A DNA stretch of 51,670 bases from an archaeon (GTDB taxonomy: Archaea; Iainarchaeota; Iainarchaeia; Iainarchaeales; 0-14-0-20-34-12). Of this stretch, positions 48,301 to 51,670 are shown one piece after another; positions within the stretch are counted from its first letter, which is position 1, and every line of letters starts with the position of its first letter. Position numbers and translations under genes: made by a program. The notes under the pieces are model-generated. The model was not told where the DNA came from, made no database searches, and was given only the letters and a program-made list of their open reading frames with translations. The stretch covers positions 11,078 to 62,747 of the forward strand of contig JBBSVU010000001.1 of the NCBI GenBank assembly GCA_038046645.1. The letters are read 5' to 3'.

Positions 48301-49951
48301 TATACTTTTAATTGTAATTGGAACAAGCAGCGGGGATGACAGCAAATCAATATATGTTCCAACAGGAATAATAAACAAAAAATCAAGTGTAGAGGTAAGC
48401 CATACATTTGAGGTTAGCAGCTGGGGTTCTTATTTCGCAACCGCAAGCATAATGGAACCAGGTGCTATTGCAACAGACAAGGATAATGCCTTGAAAGGCT
48501 GCGTATATGTAAATCCAATAACTCCGCAGGGATGCTGGTTGCCATATACTACTGCGCCCTTAAACAACAAAATGACTTTGGAATATTTCATAGACAAGGA
48601 TATTCCGTCAGTAGGGCAATACATAAATGGGGGAAACCCGGAAGGATTCACAATAAATTGGCCATCTGGCTGGAAGGAAGAAGAAGAGAATTTAGATTAT
48701 TTAAGAAGCTTGATGATATTCGATGCTTACTTAATGAGGGATGGATATACTCCAGACTTTTACTCTGATTTCGTTGATTATTACCAAAAGAATGCATTCT
48801 TCCAGGCAGGAGATTCATTCAATTTTATAAGCCCTTATTTATTGAAGACTCCGGAAAAGTTTGAAGTATTGAGAGAAGGATGGTATAATGAAGGGCAAAG
48901 AATTGTAGGAATGCCTGGAAAATACAGCGTAAAAGTAAATGCTATGTTTGATAACGAAAAATGGGCATTCAAAACAGGCGATGAATTGAATGCAAAAATA
49001 ATAACATATTTGCATAAGCTGCAAGGCCCTGGCTTTGACCCTGGAATGGCACTTTATTATCTGCCATTTGATGCAAAGATAGGGAAAGATACAGCGCAAG
49101 GAAGATATAATTATGGAACAGAATTTGAATTAGACAATGACATTGACTTTTATATAAATAGTGTTGTAGTAAGCAGTGAACCAATAAAACTTGAGCCAAT
49201 AAGCACTGAATCACAGCCAATAAGCAACCTTAAGTTGAACAAGGAAACAGACTTTAAAAGAATAAACCAGATGCCTGACCGCGGATTATTGCTTGAGATA
49301 AACCCGTTGGATGATGCATATAAAGACTGGTATTTGACATTCTTCCCGAGCGGGTATGCTACAACTGTTTTGAAGATGGGCATAAATGAACAGAGCACTG
49401 ATCCATTTACTGTGCATTATCAGTTATACCAAGGTGCAGAAAATCTAATGGATACAGGCGCTTCTTTAACCTCTTGGTATGGATTGGGGCAATGTTTGGA
49501 TTTCACCGGAGAGCCAATCGGCGAGGTATTTAACAGGACAGCAGACAAAAAGGTTGATGTTACAAACAGCCATTACGGCATAGAATGGGAAAAAGGAAAT
49601 AATTTGGGAAACATCTATCTAGGAAGCGTATTATTTGTGCCAGAAGGAGAGAGCGGATATTCATTAAAGGCAATAGAACCGGATGCATTGAAATTCTATG
49701 ATGCCCAAAGGCAGGAACAGACATCAGTTGCCCTTACTGCAATGAATGAAGAGGAAATAAATTACCTTAATGTGCTATTCCAGAAGATTAGGGAAAAGAA
49801 GGTTTGCATAAGAAATACTTCAGACAGTGGATTGCAATTATATTGGAATGTGCAAAAAATCTTTGAAACTATCGATCCGTTAACGACAATAAAGCAGGAT
49901 TTGGATGATCCAAATTTCGGAGATTTGAAATGCATAGGAAGTTCAAGCTAA
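42311..49951 (+). CDS. Giant membrane-anchored surface protein 4 (paralog; long hydrophobic hairpin)
   Basis: About 2550-aa ORF (open from 42284; ATG at 42299 or 42311 more likely); N-terminal TM; shared motifs KADKRVY, HFRTG, RDPLD, YCDATQF, LYWN; lacks the LEDKWY leader. Confidence 0.9.
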   Translation: MSLKDKFEEIKMKIAGLGRKKLAMIGIGILILAIVGVILLNPQGEIAKGNVKAILTFKDNKGNLLPNMKVSYLKDNQWKSGNTDTLGKLILNVPAESELKLKADEFILNGKNYGKFEKTLYIGSEDFSEYVTLSEKGASGKTTVSLILQGTTGLLEGEDFTLSFSCSNTTDTWQESGKGPAITTQVPLNCGKLNVNILSDKYENATVIMLEGEKDKLINLVEKPTPNGTLVVNVVDETGGILTGTNFGISIYGDNGVELEDYTLEYGFVTFNLAPGTYNVAIKDPKKDYGSNNVSGIVVYSKKTETVDIPTSKEKKATIKVYAVDKDNKQVIKGAKVILKDSKNKNVDEENTTETGKVVEFAVYDVKDYKIYAKKEGGLEEGYYSNNVDINATEFGDLKEITKTVELEKITASNSGKVKVTVKDEDGIPVKNAQVRFMVKGFIEDGSEDYLMEMPIASIKQFTNANGEVEYILGGSEATEKEIYPYVTKPPAYFKDRALAKKILITEDNLFDVTMIIGDATIELEAKDKETKQLISGIKYEMYSYDGKLIVSENEMPEGKTTLTVKADKRVYFLFKHPQYMPLQSRVLNLVQGQTFNVLALMSPPYAGENPKIELEGIYEKGGAFANSLLYGKEYEFRFKLTSPEKPLYQLGMHFRTGDSFILQNDGIQINGGEDSINAGNMPSITRGETYQEGAVEEIPTEGKSKWVNIVWTNPNYQEYSIGIVVKVTKPSAFIPVFWRTWAIASENQLYLRDPLDDVLGTAETNAGKKALYANTYTAELYEGNPLQCGEKEDGLKSDQFCWGNEKLYGKDPLTKQDLYYEYASNYPLVILSDYDFSFSIQNASTIKYQQYKMIIKSTKDVLKVKSYELTNADSKVETVDALTDNYNIELENLGDFSYKKNIAIKMKLQAIEKGSANIEIYLMGDNAPIEGMYPYTVNFSVLSEKNLKIILKEPTGESLPAYSDQQLILEIRDEKGDFVINNAIVIVDRKHPDYETPYHINTVLSGDSDKGWDDGIAKVNIPSTAPKSIIKVKAVKEDYAPAYLDIAVSDQIMKFDPSPFSFKLNVVNKAAHENFQSFNVINQTGSDFSITSLKYDKIGGDYNDYIGLLNIEAMQNYLNNEAIGGQALPVKIKGNEAKQSKAKAILSDEAENILYNLQKANVNIESGKLIIKLENNDAFLSAPYLQEVPIDPISINYGDVPTEDCVRLTALGGADVKNWVAGTLNDDAILEFELQNTCGVDLEGIRFQLLTNGESMPGDAAINIESGLITDPLIMNFKQDFMFPFSSVQETGKTYLGKLIYKPKEGTEGLTANFTVNVWGLVKAASPSGEIGLLEVISNPTAIEAHVTNINLFSCLDYYKASGSSGDRKIELTEGGMPSDSSYKDSFMVTNDCKVPIEIILCKGDTKCNGNLKEGGGLDLSKAANSKFTINSEADGAVVEVSRLDYNPNAGDQETAVGLYGITIWAKPKNLVTEFVNLGSMEVEIKPGQSDWFFLDNYESDIFAVGEGTASSDIFLLKNTQFVQQPFGVEANECTWEDWTTEYLEWYDTEGAEGTIMAASVITAVVAGTATVVLAAAVATATTAASVSALGGPYGIAIGAAIVVTALTVALLCAWVFCSCDSGDYSTKENFKDYKIKLGNEPGEFNPCSPSSAECIKDCDTGNDFADCYVDCKGKYKTCVEEAADQKTPHRDLAYSDSDFLNCNLILGNGLDSISTTCDQSFADIESKISDDKAQMIMDPAGSSITGSIENPVWEQLWAMPIKGSDIDSLKNETAYGLLQVSSEWEDNYGETVRCEENTFDVYRVGTSDAEGQCEIKGEGTTTKAMHLKFNGVKPKAGPLPKLNVDQCEGGGVTGEGAVPKVRFNWGWSDDIDTGQGVPIDYCEANKDEGKEIYCDATQFSIMLSKRLFKLDEFLKANTDISCPENWQQKAIIEGCEKVNEENGLGIINAGSIGIKSVKLSSTAYPYLKVDVNIENKSNTDYTDSVTYEGTTGQGAILLIVIGTSSGDDSKSIYVPTGIINKKSSVEVSHTFEVSSWGSYFATASIMEPGAIATDKDNALKGCVYVNPITPQGCWLPYTTAPLNNKMTLEYFIDKDIPSVGQYINGGNPEGFTINWPSGWKEEEENLDYLRSLMIFDAYLMRDGYTPDFYSDFVDYYQKNAFFQAGDSFNFISPYLLKTPEKFEVLREGWYNEGQRIVGMPGKYSVKVNAMFDNEKWAFKTGDELNAKIITYLHKLQGPGFDPGMALYYLPFDAKIGKDTAQGRYNYGTEFELDNDIDFYINSVVVSSEPIKLEPISTESQPISNLKLNKETDFKRINQMPDRGLLLEINPLDDAYKDWYLTFFPSGYATTVLKMGINEQSTDPFTVHYQLYQGAENLMDTGASLTSWYGLGQCLDFTGEPIGEVFNRTADKKVDVTNSHYGIEWEKGNNLGNIYLGSVLFVPEGESGYSLKAIEPDALKFYDAQRQEQTSVALTAMNEEEINYLNVLFQKIREKKVCIRNTSDSGLQLYWNVQKIFETIDPLTTIKQDLDDPNFGDLKCIGSSS

Positions 49952-50044
49952 ACAAAAAAGCAATAACTTCCTTTCCGTTTTTTATTTTTTAAATTAGGCA
50001 AAGATAAACTATGGAGTTGCTTTTCAAGACAGAAACTTATTTAA

Positions 50045-50304
50045 CCGTGTGAGCGGGAAATCTACATCTTTTAAGGTGTAAATGAAAGCGAACATAGTTC
50101 AGAGGAAATCTACTCTTCCAAAGCATTTATATATTGGAAAAATAATACTATTATTGTTAGGAATGCAAGGCTGAAAGCGCTGGTTTTCCTAACATAAAAA
50201 AGTAAAATAATTGGGTCTGGACAAGGCCTCTATGCCTTTGGAGCTTCTCAATAGAGAAGCGATGAATTAGGAAGCTGCAGCCTTTAGGCTGTGGAGGATG
50301 TCAC
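50045..50304 (+). mobile_element. Non-autonomous IS200/IS605-family derivative (PATE/MITE-like) lacking tnpA/tnpB
   Basis: Left hairpin TACATCT-TTTA-AGGTGTA followed by ATGAAAGCG; right end GGAAG-CTGCAGCC-TTTA-GGCTGTGG-AGGATGTCAC, the typical IS605/IS1341 right end terminating in TCAC. Left boundary (after TTTAA) is approximate. Confidence 0.75.
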
Positions 50305-50324
50305 TTAGTTACAACACTAATTAC
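50155..50324 (+). ncRNA. Putative TnpB omega-RNA (scaffold to 50304 plus flank-derived guide)
   Basis: TATA box TTTATATA at 50126-50133; hairpin TGTTAGGAA/TTCCTAACA (50155-50194); omega-RNA-like motifs ATGCCTTTGGAG and CGATGAATTAGGAAGC; internal GCTTCTC/GAGAAGC hairpin. Confidence 0.55.
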
Positions 50325-50334
50325 TTGGATAAAC

Positions 50335-50520
50335 ATGGCTGAAATAACTCTAACGCAAGTGTATAATGAATTAAAGGTTTTGCAAAAAGAAATTGAAATA
50401 ATGCGATTTGCCTTGATTCCTGAAGAGAAAATAGACGCAAAAGAGCTTGCTAGATTAAAGAAAACAATGGCTGAAATGGAATCAGGTAAAGAAAAATCAT
50501 TCAAAGAAGTATTCTCCTAA
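50335..50520 (+). CDS. Small RelB-like antitoxin
   Basis: 61 aa, LIPEEKI...EMESGKEKSFKEVF, directly upstream of a RelE-like gene. Confidence 0.75.
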   Translation: MAEITLTQVYNELKVLQKEIEIMRFALIPEEKIDAKELARLKKTMAEMESGKEKSFKEVFS

Positions 50521-50533
50521 CGGGATGGTCTAA

Positions 50534-50799
50534 TTGTTTGAACTAATGTTCAGTAACAAATCAGCGAAATTTGTCAAAAACTGTGATCAGGCACTGAATG
50601 AGAAATTAAACAAATATTCGTTATTTTGAATCAGACCCCAATTCCTGCAAGATTATTTGACTTAAAGAAAATTTCAGGGATAGAAGACACTTACAGAATA
50701 CGAATTGGCAAATTCAGAATTATTTATAAAATATATTGGCAAGAACTAAAAATAAGGGTTTTAACAATAGAGAGAAGAGACGAACATACTTATAATTAG
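50534..50799 (+). pseudogene. relE: RelE/ParE-family toxin, frameshifted
   Basis: TTG start gives MFELMFSNKSAKFVKNCDQALNEK; after a -1 shift near 50601-50610 it continues IKQIFVILNQTPIPARLFDLKKISGIEDTYRIRIGKFRIIY...ERRDEHTYN*. YRIRIGxFRIIY is the RelE signature. Confidence 0.8.
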
Positions 50800-50864
50800 C
50801 AAATTAATGTCTAAAGCAAGCACAATAAATATATAAATAATAAAACAGTATTCTATTTGAAATC

Positions 50865-51245
50865 ATGTTTCCTTTAGACATTGTGCTGTTCTTTACTGAA
50901 TGGTATTTAGACATGCAATTAGCATTGAAGATATTTGTTTTAATAACGCTAATTTCATTTGTAAAGAATCATCTTGGGACGGCCCCATTATCCCTAGCAG
51001 TTATGGCAGTTATAGTCTGGTTTGTGATGTTTGATATGTGGTGGTTTTTCGGCGGAGTATATGTGCTTTATACATTATTAATATTAGGGTTTGCTTCAAT
51101 TATCATCGACACCTTGTTTGTAAGTGGAATGGTTGGTGGCGGCCATGTTAATCCAGGTGAGCATAAAGGAACGGCAGCAGATGCTGCTGCCAGAATGGAA
51201 AGGATAAAAATGATGCAACATATGCATCCCCCAAGAGGCAGATAA
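50865..51245 (+). CDS. Small multi-pass membrane protein
   Basis: 126-aa ORF with about three hydrophobic helices and a polar C-terminal tail. Confidence 0.75.
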   Translation: MFPLDIVLFFTEWYLDMQLALKIFVLITLISFVKNHLGTAPLSLAVMAVIVWFVMFDMWWFFGGVYVLYTLLILGFASIIIDTLFVSGMVGGGHVNPGEHKGTAADAAARMERIKMMQHMHPPRGR

Positions 51246-51247
51246 TC

Positions 51248-51595
51248 ATGTTTTTGGATCTTAAAAGGGGTAACCAGAAGGGGATGTTTGTCCTTATTCT
51301 GCTGGCAGGATTCATTATTTTAGCACTCATACCCCCTGTTTTAATGATGGTATTTCCTGCTGTTGACATTATAATGCGCATTATCCTCATTTTTATGATA
51401 TTTACCACAGTAAGGGGCTTTTTAGGGCCTGGCACTCCTTCCCTGATAGTAAGCGCTGTACTTATATATTTATTAGTAATAAGGCACCCATACTTCTCTA
51501 CAGCCATATACATAATGTTCTATGTCCTATTAGCGTTCCAGTTTATGTCCGTAGTAATCTGGAGCATTGGGACAGCATTAAAACCGAAAGCGTGA
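51248..51595 (+). CDS. Small multi-pass membrane protein, apparent paralog of 50865..51245, possible class III signal peptide
   Basis: 115-aa hydrophobic ORF 2 nt after the previous stop; KRGNQKG|MFVLILL N-terminus. Confidence 0.75.
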   Translation: MFLDLKRGNQKGMFVLILLAGFIILALIPPVLMMVFPAVDIIMRIILIFMIFTTVRGFLGPGTPSLIVSAVLIYLLVIRHPYFSTAIYIMFYVLLAFQFMSVVIWSIGTALKPKA

Positions 51596-51613
51596 AAATC
51601 GCTTAAGTTAGTG

Positions 51614-51670
51614 TAAAAAAGAAAACAAATAATTGAAAATTAATAATAAAAAAGAAAACAAATAATTGAA
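51614..51670. repeat. 24-nt direct repeat at the window end
   Basis: TAAAAAAGAAAACAAATAATTGAA at 51614-51637 and 51647-51670. Confidence 0.6.

Noticed and set aside
2389..49398. Numerous 60-230 aa minus-strand and off-frame ORFs within the large genes
   Set aside because: Antisense or alternate-frame shadows of long coding regions, Phe/Ser-rich, with no recognisable motifs.
9567..49951. Giants as active carboxypeptidases, or as fusexin/HAP2 fusogens
   Set aside because: Only the non-catalytic Ig-like regulatory repeats are evident; I could not recognise an M14 catalytic motif or a fusexin signature by eye.
50301..50504. 67-aa minus-strand ORF
   Set aside because: Antisense to the antitoxin gene, which has clear TA context.
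50600..50612. Programmed -1 frameshift for RelE at A-TTA-AAC
   Set aside because: Not a canonical X-XXY-YYZ slippery site and no clear downstream stimulator; a simple deletion or sequencing error is more likely.
51614..51670. Terminal direct repeat as a CRISPR start or mobile-element end
   Set aside because: Only two low-complexity copies 9 nt apart, truncated by the window edge; may be an assembly-end artefact.

Overview
AT-rich archaeal DNA. An archaeosortase, class III (prepilin-type) signal peptides, TATA boxes, GGTGA/GGAG ribosome-binding sites and many novel secreted proteins point to a DPANN lineage; Iainarchaeota/Diapherotrites is a guess. About 33 kb encodes four co-oriented paralogous giant membrane-anchored proteins (2.5-2.9 kaa). 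They share a scaffold of carboxypeptidase-regulatory/Ig-like repeats, an HxRxG...KW...R[T/D]P-x-D domain and a Cys-containing CD[A/G] module. Each carries a different insert: glycine zippers, a hydrophobic hairpin, Gly/Met/Tyr low-complexity loops or Cys-rich repeats. Giant 1 also ends in a toxin-like extension with a degenerate lytic-transglycosylase-like domain. Around them are an M64-type peptidase and partner gene, an archaeosortase, a beta-propeller/PKD adhesin, a pilin-like protein and a AAA_14/DUF4143 ATPase fused to antitoxin-like peptides. There are also two toxin-antitoxin modules (one with a frameshifted RelE) and an ORF-less ~260-bp IS200/IS605 derivative that appears to express a stand-alone TnpB omega-RNA. 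The best candidate for a new system is a host-contact/membrane-penetration apparatus built from the four giants (inference). All assignments come from reading motifs by eye; no searches were run.
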